Source of the DNA: Paraspadella gotoi
Taxonomy: Eukaryota > Animalia > Chaetognatha
Direction: 5' to 3'
DNA length: 64,000 nt
Assembly: GCA_051294375.1 (NCBI GenBank)
Contig: CM119263.1
Location: 2,842,326 to 2,906,325, forward strand
Notes under the pieces: model-generated
Databases searched by the model: none
What the model saw: the letters and a program-made list of their open reading frames with translations, nothing else
What the model was told of the DNA's origin: nothing
Shown here: piece by piece, positions 35,861-48,259 of the stretch
How the letters are laid out: every line of letters starts with the position of its first letter
How positions within the stretch are numbered: the first letter of the stretch is position 1
Position numbers and translations under genes: made by a program

Positions 35861-38800
35861 GAGAGAAAGAGAGACAGACGTTCTCTTGAAAAAAAAAGTT
35901 ATCGATTGAGTAATCTTCTTTGTTGAGGTCGTCGTTTGAACAGAATTGATCATAACCACTCGTAACTTCGCTATACAAAATTACCAATAATTTTCAAAGA
36001 CTGTGGATCAGCCTTCAATCACCCTCAAAACTGATTCCAGGTGCAGGACGACTTGATAATGTCGTTTGGTCGAATTAACTTAAAAAAAATTACTTCCCCA
36101 TCTTTGATTGCTTGATAATGACCTCTCCATCACTGAAATTATTAATAATGACCTTCCCATCACTGACCGTCCTGATATTGACCTTCCCATCACTGACATT
36201 CTTAATAATGACCTCCCCATCACTGACCTGCTTGATTATGACCTTCCCATCACTGACATTCTTAATAATGACCCTCCCATCAGTGATATTCTTGATAATG
36301 ACCTCGCCATCACTGACCTGCTTGATTATGACCTCCCCGTCGCTGTAGTACTGCGGCACGAGTGCGTCGCAAACGTTCATCCTCTCGTCGTCGTCGAGCC
36401 ACTTGAGGATTGGGACGCTCTCGAGGAACTTCTCGTAGGTCTTGCGACGCATCGCTTCTCTCTTGATGACCACGCGGCGGAAGCTGGGTTTTCAATGCGG
36501 ATTGTTCAATGTAATTTGTGCGATTGGCATATAAAATAATGATAAGTTTAAGTTTAATTCGCTTATAAGTTGCAGCGATGGAGGAATTACTATCTGAAGC
36601 CTTGAAGTTTGGATCAGTGGAGTATTGACTTCAGTTCTAAAGCTTTCACGAAATCTAAAAGACATAATCTTCAAAGGTTTCATGAATGTGAAACAAAAAC
36701 CCAAGCATTTAAAATTGTCTTATATCTCATGTCATCAAAAGAAAAGCAACAATCATCCTTTAGATTACTTGAAAGTTTTTTCCCTTTTAGGCTTTTTCAA
36801 ATTTTTTCGTTATTTTGCTCGGTTTTTTTTTTAAACCTCAAAGTTTTGAATTTAATCTTGAGTGAAGTGGATGAACAATGAACGCCATTTTTACTTTCGT
36901 CGCCGTCGTCGACGCGATGGTCGCTGTTGACCACGCCAAAGGTTAGAACAAGAATAACCGGGTGTAGTTTATCTCAATCGGCAGACGCTGAACTCATGCG
37001 TTGGTTGTATTGTATGCAAGGGAGTATTGTATTCTATTGAAATCAGTAGCCACTTGGTCTTTAGGATCGAGAACTTTCCCAGGATAAAGGGCGAAATTTT
37101 GACAGATGTTATTCAGTGTTCATCCCTCACATTTTCAATTAAAGGCTCGCACATGGGTAGGTTAAGCGAGGCTCAGGGCGGCGGATGGAGATCTGTGAGC
37201 GTCTTCAACAAACACGTGAAAGAAGCATACGCCTTTGCAAGTGACGTAATGTGGAAGGAATCTCAGTTGGTTGCTCGTGGCTTTGTTGCAGCCCAGGAGC
37301 AGGTGAGGAATTGAAATCGGTCACGACAGAGGATTGAGGAATGGTGAAAATTGGTGAAACTAAGGATCAGTGAGATAAAATGAGGTGAGTTGACAAAGTT
37401 TGTGGATGGCAATTCGACAGAATCGGTTAGAGATGAGTTAGAGATGGAATTGCTGATATATGGGTATGGTTATGGTAATGGGTAGTGTTAAGAAAGGATT
37501 TATGTAATTTATATATGGACATGTTAGCGATTACCGTGATTTATCCATTAGATTGAGATCCCAGATGTTTCCCACTCCTCACAGGTGGTGTCTGGCTGGA
37601 ACTACCGACTTTATATGACCTTCCTCTTCGAATTCCGTGTCTGCCGAGTTGGCGTCTGGTGGGAGAACCGCAATATGTTCCAGAAGACTTCCTTTGTAAA
37701 TGCGATTGGTACTTAGACTCAGAGAATTAGAAAGGTAAAAAAAAGCAAATGGCGGTGAAAACGAAAAAATCCGGAAGAAAAAAAAAACACGGATGACATA
37801 GTTATGTTTTGTTTAATAAAATAATCGGTATTTTAGATTTCACGAAACGTTTGTTGTATTTAAATTTTAATATATGTATGTATGTTTCTTTTCCAATCTC
37901 TCCGTGAAATTCTCACTCTATGCCTTGACAACGGTTTTTTTTTTTGGCGGCGCCTCGTTTCTTGGCAACGGTTCCATTAAATTCCCGCCAGGCCCAAAAA
38001 TACTTTGTGGTCAGTTTTGGTGACCCTTGTGGTCACCTGTGCTGATCCATCGTCCAAAGGACCCCGTCTGTCTTAGCGATGACCGTCGCCGACCGAGGCT
38101 TGTTGTACATGAGAGCCAATTCGCCGAAATAGCCTGCGGTCGCCGAGTAGTGGACCATGAGGTAGGGTAGGGTGTTCCAGGGAGGGAAGGGGTCAAAAGA
38201 AAAAAATGTGTCAACGTCGTTTCATTTTCAATAAATAAAAATAAATATTTAAAGTTAACTATATGTCAACGGTCGAATATATTTATGATTTTATCTCAAA
38301 ACAATTAAATTTATTTTTTATTTTTTTGATTCGTTGAAATTGGTAAAAAAGTCCAATTCAAGAACAGCTGCTTTGAAATCAATTGACTTGTCAATCGCTG
38401 AAAAGTTTAAAATTTACAGAGAAATCGTCCCTTGTTAATCCCCGCGTAACAGAATTTCAGTTCTAAAATTAAATCGAAAATCCGGGACGAGGATTTAATT
38501 TTCAAACTTGATGTCCCCTCTGCCGCCTCGTTAAAAAGTCCTCCCGCGAAAGTCCGCCCACTCTCCCACTCACCGCAGTTGGTGTGAGTGGCCACGAGGC
38601 GTTGCTGTCCGTTCTCGCTGTCCTTGACGAAAATGTCGAAAACTCCAGAATCGATGACGTAAAAGTTGTCGCCGTCCTCCCCCTGGCGGATTATCTCCTC
38701 GCCTGGAAATCGGGGGTTGGGGTGGCGTGGGTGGGTTTAAATGAGCGGGGAGGATGGATGGAGGTGGGGAAACTGGATCAGATTTGAGTTTTTTTGGGGG

Positions 38801-40072
38801 GGGGAGAAGGAAGTTAAAGGAGGACGGGAAGAAAGGTTGGTTTGCGATAAGCACAATGACACTCTGTTCCGTTGCGTCTGAAAAGGGCCAACTGAAATGC
38901 GGTAGAATGTTTAAATGTAAATGTCAACTGACATGGAAAGAAAGGAAGAGCTGAATGAATGGATGGAACCATTTACCGAAATGTGGATGATTGACTCAAC
39001 TGACAATTTTTATCGTCAGTGTTTCGAAATGGATGAGCTAATTAAAACGGAGTTAAACTTGGAATTGGTTTCGGCCATATTTTCCTGAAGATCCCTATTT
39101 TAGGTTAAATTTAGTTTTTTCAAAGGTTATGGGTTAATAATCGGGATTTGTATTAGGTTTTAAAGAAAATTTTAAGTAGGGATTATGTTTAATGATTAGA
39201 GTTTGGGATTAAAGATTAAAAATAGATATCAGGCCCTAACTTAAAGTTAAGGATTAGGATAGGGTTAAGGGATTAGGAATGTAAATGGGGCACTTTCGGA
39301 AAATAGCGGTATTTAAAGATCATTCGAGTAAATACAAAAGAAGAAAATAAGAACCGAGGAAGCAAAGTGAAAGAATCGCGAAAGTGTAAAAAAAAAACTG
39401 CCTCTCGTCCATCAGGAGGACGAAAGCGAGGGGCTTCGAGACGATAAGAGATTTGACGCTGACGACATCCAGTGACAAAATGATGGGAGTTTTAAGCGGA
39501 GACAAGGAAGCCAGAATCAGAGGAGGAGAGAGAGGGGGGGGGGCTGAAAAAGGGGGGGGGTAAAGAAATAGACTAATAAATAACGAGGGAATGAACAAAT
39601 GGGAGAAAGAGCGAATGAATGATCTACCGAATCAAAGAAACAATGACAGAGCAAATGAATGAATGAAAGAGCGAATAAACAATTGAACGAAAAAAAAGAA
39701 AATAAAAAATAGATAAATAAATGAAGGTATACACGGATTTACCCTTCGAACGAACCAACGAACGAAGCGTTAAAAATTTAAAAGGTGACGCGACAGCAGG
39801 AAATGAAGTCGACTGTTAACAACTCGACTTTATCGGGCAAACCCGGAGAACAGAATTGCGCATGGGCAAATTTGAGAGGCGAAAGATGGCGCTGGAGTTT
39901 GGAGATTGAGGAGAATGAGAAGAGACAACGTGGAAAAAAGGGTGGTGGGGTGCACGGGGGATGGTTGAGGCGTGGCGACTGGCGAGGGAATGACGCGTCG
40001 AAACTGCAGATAAAACTCGACGGGTTTATCTGGATCCTCTTTCGTCGAATCGCCGGGAAAATTAGGCAGGCG

Positions 40073-40124
<52 letters not shown>

Positions 40125-40835
40125 AGCTTCCGGTATAAAGTGAATAATTTATTTTCCGGTCTCGATTCTCCCGATGAGAACGGATCTATTTCCACTTAAT
40201 TCGCCCTCGGCGTCGGTTGGCTCTGGTCGGTCCGTCCGTCTCACGCAATGAGCCAAAGACTGAGATTTCATTGATTATATTGATTATATTGATTCGGTTA
40301 GTGTTATATTATGGTTCAACGACGACAACAACAACAACAACGACAACGCCTCATTCGTTAATTCCTTCGTTTCGTCTTTGTTTTTTGTTTTGCTCCCCGT
40401 GTTTTCTTCTCCTTTCTTCTTTTGTTATTGTCTCCTAGGACGAAACGCAAAGGTTGTTAGACTTTCCTCAACCACCCTATTTTCCAAACCAATTTAGAAT
40501 TTACGCCAAACCGTTTCCATCAGCTAAACAAGCCCCAAATTCCCACGACCAACGGTACTCGCTAAACGATCAACGTAATTTTTTTTTAGTCTAATTAACT
40601 AAATTAGATTAAATGTTTATTCGTATATTTTTCAGAGATTGTAAAATTTATAATTGTAACGAAGAAACGTTTTTTTCCTCGTTTCTTGAATCAAGAAAAG
40701 AAGATTCCTTTGTCGAGAGATATTTTTTCCCCAAATCGTTCAATCATGAAACTCGTGAAAAGAAGCGGAACTTTGCACATCAATTCTCATCTTTCGTGGC
40801 AGCAGCGAACGCGCGACCTTTCAAGTTCATCGAGA

Positions 40836-40906
<71 letters not shown>

Positions 40907-42826
40907 AATGTCTTTACGGCTTTGTACGCTCATCATAACATGTGTACATTGTGTAGTATTGTAGTATTGCCTTTGTAATCTTTGAAAGAATAAACCATAC
41001 TCCGATTAAACCTTGCGTCGTCGACATCTCCTCCCCACGCCTTACCCACACCCTACCCACCCACACCCCTGACACTCACCAGCGAGGACCTTCCGCTCGA
41101 ACATGACGTTGAGGACGTCGCCTCTCGCTTCCCGGTCGAGATTCTTGAAGACGAAGACATTCTTGACGGCTTCGGCGAGACGTTGGCGTTGCTCCTCCGT
41201 CTTGGCCGCGATGGGCGTGGCGGGTGGGTCGAGATCCTCGTCTCGTCCCGGGGTATGATGGGCTCGTTGGCAGACCGCCTTGGGCGAGAGGGGGTGGAGA
41301 GGGGGTTGGATGAGGGAGACTGGGGTCGTTCGTTGATCACTCTCTCGTAATATCGTGAGTATTCCCGCCTCTTTCTTCTTTTTTTTTTTAAATGACTGCC
41401 GTCGGCAACATCAAAGCACCGGAAGACCGTAAAGGAATCACCATTAATAAAGTGAAATGGATCGTAAATTTTGATGAGGGAAGAGAAAGGAAGATGGAGG
41501 AAGAATGGATGGAGTAAGAGTGATGGAGAAGGGAGTGAGGATGATATTGATGGAGAAAGGATGAAGAAAAAGGAAGATGGAGGAAAAATGAATGGAGTTA
41601 GAGTGATGGAGAAGGGAGTGAGGATGATAGTGATGGAGAAAGGATGGAGGAAAGGAAGATGAAGGAAGGATTGATGGAGTTAGAGTGATGGAGGAGGAAG
41701 TGAGGCATGGTGGATTAAGAGGCTGACTGGTGTCTGAAAACTTTTGAGATAGAAAGTTAGAAACAGACTTTATTTATTCGCGCCAAAAAAAAAAAAAGAT
41801 ATTTTTTCCCCTCGGATATTGGATTTTTAAATCTAGTAAGACACAATTCAACCCCGAAACAATTTTTTTTTGCCGATCGACCGAATCCCTTCCAAAAAAA
41901 AAATGGCGGGTTCTTTCTTCGAGGGGAAAAATGGAATTTTCTTCCACAAAGATTGAAATAGAAAAAAGAAAATCAGTTTCCCCCAAAATCTGTCATCTCA
42001 CGTTATTGAGTCCGTAACCGACGTTCGCTGTATCGTGAAAACAAAGGGAAAAAATGAAAAACCCTTTTTTTGTCAAAAATGTTAAACAGTTTTTGGCACG
42101 AACGAAATGAAAATCTCTACTGATCCGGAGAATAGTCTAATTATTTTCCGGGTCTCCATTCTCCCGATGAGAACGGATCTATTCCACTTAATCGCCCTCG
42201 GCGTCGTTGGCTCTGGTCGTCCGTCCGTCTCACGCAATGAGCCAAAGACGAGATTTCATTGATTATATTGATTTATATTGATTCGGTTAGTGTTATATTA
42301 TGGTTCAACGACACGAACAACAACAACAACGACAACGCCTCATTCGTTAATTCCTTCGTTTCGTCTTTGTTTTGTTTTGCTCCCCGTGTTTTCTTCTCCT
42401 TTCTTCTTTGTTATTGTCTCCTAGACGAAACGCAAAGGTTGTTAGACTTTCCTCAACCACCCTATTTTCCAAACCAATTGAGAATTTACGCCAAACCGCT
42501 TTCCATCAGCTAAACACGCCCCAATTCCCACGACCAACGGTACTCGCTAAACGATCAACGTAATTTTTTTTAGGCTTAATTAACTAAATTAGATTAAATG
42601 TTTATCTGTATATTTTTCAGAGATTGTAAATTATAATTGTAAAAGAAGAAACGTTTTTTTCCTCGTTTCTTGAATCAAGAAAAGAAATTCCTTTGTTGAG
42701 AGATATTTTTTCCCCAAATCGTTCAATCATGAAAACTCGTGAAAAGAAGCGGAAACTTTGCACATCAATTCTCATCTTTCGTGGCAGCAGCGAACGCGCG
42801 ACCATTTCAAGTCATCGAGAAAATTC

Positions 42827-42907
<81 letters not shown>

Positions 42908-45841
42908 CTCCAAATGCTTTACGGCTTTGTACGCTCATCATAACATGTGTACATTGTGTAGTATTGTAGTATTGCCTTTGTAATCTTTTGAAAAGAATAA
43001 ACCATACTCCGATTAAACCTTGCGTCGTCGACATCTCCTTCCCACGCCTTACCCACACCCTACCCACCCACACCCCTGAACACTCACCAGCGAGGACCTT
43101 CCGCCTCGAACATGACGTTGAGGACGTCGCCTCTCGCTTCCCGGTCGAGATTCTTGAAGACGAAGACATTTCTTGACGCTTCGGCGAGACGTTGCGTTGC
43201 TCCTCCGTCTTGGCCGCGATGGGCGTGGCGGGTGGGTCGAGATCCTCGTCGTCGTCCGGGTTGATGGGCTCGTTGGAGACCGCCTTGGGCGAGAGGGGGT
43301 GGAGAGGGGGTTGGATGGAGGGAGACATGGGGTCGTTCGTTGATCACTCTCTCGTAATATCGTGAGTATTCCCGCCTCTTTCTTTTTTTTTTTAAATGAC
43401 TGCCGTCGGCAACATCTAAAGCACCGGAAAGACCGTAAAGGAATCACCATTACATAATGAAATGGATCGTAAATTTTGATGAGGAAGAGAGAAAGGAAGA
43501 TGGAGAGAAGAATGATGGAGATAAGAGTGTATGGAGTAAGGGAGTGGGAGGATGATAGTGATGGAGAAAGGATGGAGGAAGGAAGATGAAGGAAGGATTG
43601 ATGGAGTTAGAGTGATGGAGGAGGAAGTGAGGCATGTGGATTAAGAGCTGACTGGTGTCTGAAAACTTTTTGAGATAGAAGTTTAGAAACAGACTTTATT
43701 TATTCGCCGCCAAAAAAAAAAAAAAAGATATTTTTTCCCCTCGGCAATATTGGATTTCTAAAATCTAGTAGACACAATTCAACCCCGAAACAATTTTTTT
43801 TTTGCCGATCGACCGAATTCCCTTCCAAAAAAAAATGGCGGGTTCTTTCTTCGAGGGGAAAAATGGAATTTTTTCCACCAAAGATTGAAATAGAAAAAAG
43901 AAAATCAGTTTCCCCAAAATCTGTCATCTCACGTTATTGAGTCCGTAACCAACGTTCGCTGTATCGTGAAAACAAAGGGAAAAATGAAAAACCCTTTTTT
44001 TTTGTCAAAAATGTAAAACAGTTTTTGGCACGAACGAAAATGAAAATCTCTACTGATCCGGAGAATAGTCTCTCGCTTAGTCAAGCGAGAATATTTTTTT
44101 ATTAATACNNNNNNNNNNNNNNNNNNNNNNNNNTACTTTATGAGCTTTTCCTCTGGTCTTGCGAGCGAGACGGCTTTTTTATCATATTTTTTTTCCCGAA
44201 GCAACCTTGCCAAAGTGCATTTGGTGGAGCATGCGGACGAGCCTTTCAGTTAAATGCCTCTTGAATCACTTGAGTGCATGCGGACGAGCCTTTCCACGTT
44301 AAAACGCTCCCTCGTATCTCACCTTTCTCCTGAAGCACTTTGACCCCCTGGCGGAGTAGCGTTGCGGACGAGCTGTCTTCGACCTCTGCAGAAGAGTGTC
44401 CCCGTTCCTTCGTATCCTTGGAATCCATGCGAGAGCGATTCCGAACTCGCGCCTCAGAGCGGCACTTCGCGAGGCTAGAAAATTAAGACAAAAAGGCAAG
44501 GGATAAAATGTACTTTGTATTATTACCTGTATTTTCTGCGGTAGTATTTCATACCCCGCTACTCAATTGTATTAGTTAAATTAGTTATTTCATGCTTAAG
44601 GTTTTGGCTGCTTATATTAAAAATAATTCAAATTTAAAATTAACGAATGAGTTAAGCCTTATGTTTGCTTCCTTGAATTTAAAATAGGTTTTTTAAGAAC
44701 CGCGCTCGATCGTCGGTGCCATTGCCTCCATTGGTTCCATTACATCGATTCCATTGCGCACGGAACTTAAATCCGATTCTAAAACCGATAAAACTAATGG
44801 CGGTGAAAAAATTCTTTTTTTTCTTGTTTCACTCACCGAATCTGAGGAATCACGTGATCTCGATGCATCTGTGATGTGAACTTGAAACTCGGCAAGATCT
44901 GTGAAATGGATGAGAGAATTTGTGAACAAGAAATTCAATGATAAAAGTTATATTAATAATAAAAAGATTTAAATACTTATTGAAAAAAATATTGCAAACA
45001 AAATCTATTAAATATCTGCTACTCAAATTGAATTGAATGACAAAAAAATCCGTGCGAGAATCCGCCGACGACGCGAATAGGAAAACAAGTCAATGAACTT
45101 CCATTTTTTTATAAAGTCACCCAATCGAAAAATCTGTAAAATCCCAATTTTATCTCTCGAAATTTTTCACAACGAAACCGCGCGAAAGAACAATAGCTCC
45201 TTATATTTCCAATCCAATATTCACAATCGAAGTCGAAGTAAGGAAAAATCGTGATTTGAGTTTCGCACCTGCGTTTGACTCAAAAGTCACGTGATTTCTT
45301 GCGATGAGTTTCACTCTTTTCAGTTCACAGTGAAGGATGAGTGCTAATGCGAGAGCTCATCGAGAAAGAGAGAGAGAGTAATTCTTATATCACTGATTAA
45401 ATTTAATTATTACTATAATGTAGGGTATAATTAGGTGATCTTGTGCAATCTTTGAAATGTGGTCACGTGATCAGAAAGTCAACTCAAAGTTTTAGGCGGA
45501 GCTGGTTGACTATTTTTCAAACACTTAATAAAAATAATTATAAAAAAATGATATAAATTATGTTTATGAGAAAAAGATTTGTAATCTTGAACATAAAAAT
45601 GAATATTTTTGCCGACATGTTTTAGAATGTTTAAACACAAACATTTTTTTAAAAAAGCCAAAGGGCTAAACAAGTTACCGCAACATGCAAATGAGAATAA
45701 GGATAAGAAACGGGATTATTTACCTGGCCCGTTCCTGCGGCGACTGAAAAACTGAAGGGCGAAGGAGGCGACGTCTTCGGGTTGAGCGTCAACGAGGTCG
45801 ACAATGAAGTCGCGCAAGACTTCGCCGACGCCGGAAGGAAC
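24987..45841 (-). CDS. PRKAR2: cAMP-dependent protein kinase regulatory subunit, type II-like and divergent; exons 45841-45724 (D/D domain), possible 44898-44837, 44474-44323, 43283-43088 (duplicated at 41278-41080), 38702-38574, 38133-38037, 36483-36318, 27803-27689, 25150-24987; start exon not resolved
   Basis: RIIa-type [36 protein letters not shown]; linker FRRK|AV(S/C)NEPINPDDD; [24 protein letters not shown]; [17 protein letters not shown]; [21 protein letters not shown]; [21 protein letters not shown]; C-terminal [19 protein letters not shown]. Splice phases are compatible. Both copies of the duplicated exon contain indels. Confidence 0.9.
25494..25541 (-). ncRNA. Minimal type I hammerhead ribozyme motif (PLE-type), mirror copy
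   Basis: Reverse complement reads aaatcg-CTGAAGA-a-gactctt-aata-aagagtt-GAAA-cttg-TC-cgactt, identical to 27486-27533. Confidence 0.75.
27486..27533 (+). ncRNA. Minimal type I hammerhead ribozyme motif (PLE-type)
   Basis: Core CUGAAGA (27492-98) plus an extra A, 7-bp stem II GACUCUU/AAGAGUU with AAUA loop, GAAA (27518-21), vestigial stem III AC-UU-GU, GUC cleavage triplet (27525-27), and short stem I aaatcg/cgactt with one mismatch. Confidence 0.75.
29954..34132 (+). CDS. Transmembrane channel-like (TMC family) protein, divergent, nested antisense in a PKA-R intron; exons (start uncertain)-30414, 30905-31075, 31136-31404, 31488-31744, 31989-32114, 32181-32522, 32586-32929, 33028-33337, 33672-33839, 33962-34132
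   Basis: TMC motifs: [100 protein letters not shown]. All ten exons splice in frame with GT-AG. Several candidate ATGs (29954, 30013, 30168, 30206). Confidence 0.88.
34528..35166. mobile_element. AT-rich MITE (PIF/Harbinger Tourist-like), copy 2
   Basis: Reverse-complement homolog of 15009-15545. Termini GGCCGG...GCCGCC with TTA on both sides (34525-27, 35167-69). Confidence 0.7.
36095..36345 (-). repeat. 30-bp minisatellite (~8 units) derived from the 3' end and donor site of a PKA-R exon; reads ([11 protein letters not shown])n in frame
   Basis: Units such as gtcagtgatggggaggtcattattaagaat repeat with exact 30-nt period. The first unit is the exon end SDGEVIIKQ|GTCAGT. Confidence 0.93.
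36878..37716 (+). CDS. Cystatin-like small protein (~117 aa), nested antisense in a PKA-R intron; exons 36878-36941, 37145-37302, 37585-37716
   Basis: Spliced product [21 protein letters not shown]|[53 protein letters not shown]|[43 protein letters not shown]. Has an N-terminal GGW, helix VKEAYAFA, and QVVSGxNY split by a phase-0 intron. Total 354 nt in frame. Confidence 0.78.
39074..39310. mobile_element. Short element with imperfect terminal inverted repeats and internal degenerate TTAGGG-like repeats; related sequence at ~54025-54230
   Basis: Left gccatattttcctgaagatccctatttta resembles the reverse complement of right taaatggggcactttcggaaaatagcgg. 54025 begins ggcctattttcccagaacgccccatttta followed by a similar ttaggg/ttagga tract. 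Confidence 0.5.
40143..44070. repeat. ~2-kb direct tandem duplication (about 40143-42137 and 42138-44070) including one PKA-R exon
   Basis: The two copies are collinear end to end and differ mainly by single-base indels. A 25-N gap follows at 44109-44133. Confidence 0.9.
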
Positions 45842-46254
45842 CTGAAGAGGGCGCGAGTAGTTTGATCGAGGGGGAAAAACAAAATGGCGGCGGATTTGAA
45901 AACAATCGGGGACAAATGTTTTAAAGATCCTTAGATGACTGCGATATTTTTTTTTATGTTAAAAACCAGCAAGTTTTTTTTTATTTTACGTATACTAGTA
46001 TATATCCATTTTAATATGTTCAACTGTAGAATGAATCCGCAACACGTAGTTAATTTAAAATCTTTGAAATAAAATTAATAGTTAACGAAAAAGTCTCGTG
46101 AAACGATAAGATAAATCCTCTCTTTCTCTCTCTCTCGTAGTGAATATTTGATGAAGAAATGGTTTTTGCCGTCAATACGAATAAGCTAAGGGATTCCATC
46201 GAAAAATCCGCGAAATATTCATGAGAAAAAGGAAAGATTCTCCAGTGCCATCCG

Positions 46255-46288
<34 letters not shown>

Positions 46289-46379
46289 NNNNNNNNNNNN
46301 NNNNNNNNNNNNNGCTCTCTCTCTGTCCTTTCTCTATCGTCTCTCTCTTTTTTTCTTTCTCCGTCTCTTTCTCTCCTAG

Positions 46380-46910
46380 TGATCAATATTTTCATGCCCG
46401 ATATTTCTTCCTCCTTTTTTTTTTCTCTTTGTTTTCGCCAATTTTTCTCTCCCTTCCCTTTTTTATTTTCTCGTTTCCTTCCTCATATTTTTTTTTTTTT
46501 TTCGCTGCCGGGGGGTTTTTTTTCGCTTTTTTCCCATTAATTCCGCCATTTGCGGTCGTCGTTAAAACGGAGACAAAATAGCAACGGCGATGTTGTTTTT
46601 TCTCTCAGAAGAGTCGTCCAGGGTTTTTCGAGCGAAAAAAAAAAAACAGCAGGTTGTTAGCTAAAGAGTGTTCAAATTCAATTTCATCGGCAATTCATCA
46701 AATCGCAAACTACGTATAGTCCGTATCTATTATTCAATTATTCAGTGTCTTGACGATAGAGTTTGACGGGTAAAACTAACAGAATGTTACCAGAGTTTAA
46801 TTAGGTTTCTAAAACTTGTCGCCATTCCAAACTTGCTAAATGTTCTCTTAATCAGTTAATGTAATTTGATGCGTCAATATCTCTCCTTCATTGTTCCTCT
46901 TCCATATTTT

Positions 46911-46959
<49 letters not shown>

Positions 46960-47122
46960 TCTCTCTCTCTCTCTGCTCAATGCTCTACCCCGCGGCTTTG
47001 TCTGGAAAAAGAAACGTTTTCGTGACACAAATTATTTTAATTACTCACCACGGCGGTCGACCAAGGCTAATAATTATATTTTTTTTGTTTTTTCTCTCTT
47101 CTCTCTTTCTTTCTGCTCCTCT

Positions 47123-47163
<41 letters not shown>

Positions 47164-47185
47164 CGTCTCTCTCCTCTCTCAGTCT

Positions 47186-47221
<36 letters not shown>

Positions 47222-47680
47222 TATGGAAGAGGAAACAATGAAGGAGAGATATGACGCAATCAAAATTACATTAACTGATTAAGAGAAATAGCAAGTTTGG
47301 AATGGCACAAGTTTTAGAAAATATAAAATGTAACATTGTTAGTTTTACCGTCAAACTCTATCGTCAGACACTGAATATTGAATAATAGATACGACTATCG
47401 TAGTTTGCGATGAAATTGAATTTGAACACTCTTTAGTAACAACCTGCTGTTTTTTTTTTTCGTCGAAACCCTGGACGACTCCTGTCGGGAGAGAAAAACA
47501 ACATCGCGTTGCTATTTTGTTCGTTTAACGACGACGCAAATGGCGGAATTATGGAAAAAAGGAAAAAACCCCGGGCGAAAAAAAAAATGAGGAAAGAAAC
47601 GAGAAATAAAAAAGGGAAGGGAGAGAAAATTGGCGAAACAAGAGAAAAAAAAAGGAGGAAGAAATATCGGCTGAAATATT
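46380..47680. repeat. Inverted duplication (~46380-46960 versus ~47190-47680) between N gaps; further noisy copy at ~49790-50260
   Basis: E.g. gcaggttgttagctaaagagtgttcaaattcaatttcatc (46649-) is the reverse complement of gatgaaattgaatttgaacactctttagtaacaacctgc (47409-). Confidence 0.8.
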
Positions 47681-48194
47681 GNNNNNNNNNNNNNNNNNNN
47701 NNNNNNNNNNNNNNNNNNNNNNNNNNNNNNNNNNNNNNNNNNNNNNNNNNNNNNNNNNNNNNNNNNNNNNNNNNNNNNNNNNNNNNNNNNNNNNNNNNNN
47801 NNNNNNNNNNNNNNNNNNNNNNNNNNNNNNNNNNNNNNNNNNNNNNNNNNNNNNNNNNNNNNNNNNNNNNNNNNNNNNNNNNNNNNNNNNNNNNGAGAGA
47901 GAGAGAGAGAGAGTCTTCTCTATGACAACGCAAGATTTTTGAACAGGTGAAGACGCAAAAAAACGCAAATGTGGTGAAGATGAATCGAGAACGAATGTAC
48001 TGACGGTTGGAACAAAGACGACGTCTGGAACAACGATGACGAAGACGACGATGACGACGACGATGATGACGAAAAAGACGACGAAGATGACGACGACGAA
48101 GACGAGCCTTAACGAGACGAAGAGACCCGACCAACGATAAGAGTTCACAGAACGGCGGTGAAAAACACGGAGGACGCTTTTCACCGGGAGTCGG

Positions 48195-48255
<61 letters not shown>
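48195..48255 (+). repeat. (GAC)n trinucleotide microsatellite
   Basis: About 20 perfect gac units. Confidence 0.95.
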
Positions 48256-48259
<4 letters not shown>

